From: Hydrolagus affinis | Lineage: Eukaryota | DNA length: 64,000 nt | Reading direction: 5' to 3' | NCBI GenBank assembly: GCA_012026655.1 | Contig: JAAILG010000054.1 | Location: 1-64,000, forward strand | Part shown: positions 63,310-64,000 of the stretch, piece after piece | Numbering within the stretch: the stretch's first letter is position 1 | Layout: every line of letters begins with the position of its first letter | The notes under the pieces: model-generated | Databases searched by the model: none | Seen by the model: only the letters and a program-made list of their open reading frames with translations | Told to the model about the DNA's origin: nothing | Made by a program: the position numbers and the translations under genes

Positions 63310-63686
63310 ACGCTGTTCTGTATGCTTTTATATTTTTGTCTTTCTGATACTGAATTGATTGGTTTCATTCATCAACTTTCATTTTAGAGAGGCCATCAGT
63401 GATGCTTCGGTTGAGAAGCATTTTGCTTGAATAAAGGGAATGGAGGGTTAAGGAGAATTCTCCAATCATGTGATAGGGACACTGATAACAACAAAATTAC
63501 ATTTGCATAGCTCCTTTCACAACATTAAGCATTAACTGAAACACTGATTCCTTGACTGAGGTAGGCAAAATGGAGGCACAACTCACCTAAATGTGGAGAG
63601 TTTAATGTACTGTTTATTGAATGTTTGCAGTAATTAAAATATGAAATATTGTGACTCAATTAAAACTTTGTTGATACATTTCACAG

Positions 63687-64000
63687 ACAATGCCAAGGAA
63701 GTATTCAGCACCAGGCCACCTCTGCGTCTCCATGACTAACTCTGTGGGAGGTCCTTCCATATCGGCTGCCTCAGTCAGTTCTTTGGGACCTTACGGCAAG
63801 ACTCCCATCTGTCACCCATATGGTTATCCTGGAGGACCTTACAGTGCCCAGTGGACTGGAGCACCACCCCAGCCACAACCAGGCATCATACAACCTTCAC
63901 CAGGCCTCGGTCAGTTTCCGGCAGTTGGAGCCACTTCACTACAGAGCTTTCCTTTGGGCACTTTGCAAAAATCTGTCAGCAACCCCTCTGGATCCAATCT
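63687..64000 (+). CDS. WNK1: WNK1 last coding exon (28), truncated by the window end
   Basis: ttcacag|ACAATGCCAAGGAAG; MPRKYSAPGHLC ... LQKSVSNPSGSN. Confidence 0.94.

Overview
Eukaryotic (vertebrate) genomic DNA. The window carries most of one + strand gene, WNK1 (With-No-lysine kinase 1), from within intron 2 to within the last coding exon; exon numbers follow the human gene. Exons 1-2 lie upstream and the stop codon lies just beyond 64000. Exons 3-10 and 12-28 were rebuilt from AG/GT boundaries with consistent phases. The alternative cassettes 8b, HSN2, 26a and 26b are also present; no long exon-11 equivalent was seen. The introns hold L2 and CR1 LINE fragments, a tRNA-derived SINE with an L2-type tail, two hAT-type MITE copies, one Tc1/pogo-type MITE and a 100-N assembly gap. 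The repeat set suggests a cartilaginous fish, possibly a chimaera (inference only). The top finding is an intact kidney-specific KS-WNK1 first exon 4a at 17610-17708 (MDSETRERCPMFVIINSHCCCCSHQNDHVHVNE), hidden in intron 4 and too short for the ORF track. Other candidates are a 13-nt frameshifting micro-exon in the activation-loop intron, in-frame 39-nt and 102-nt cassette exons in the Pro/Gln-rich region, and a truncating exon-26a read-through isoform.
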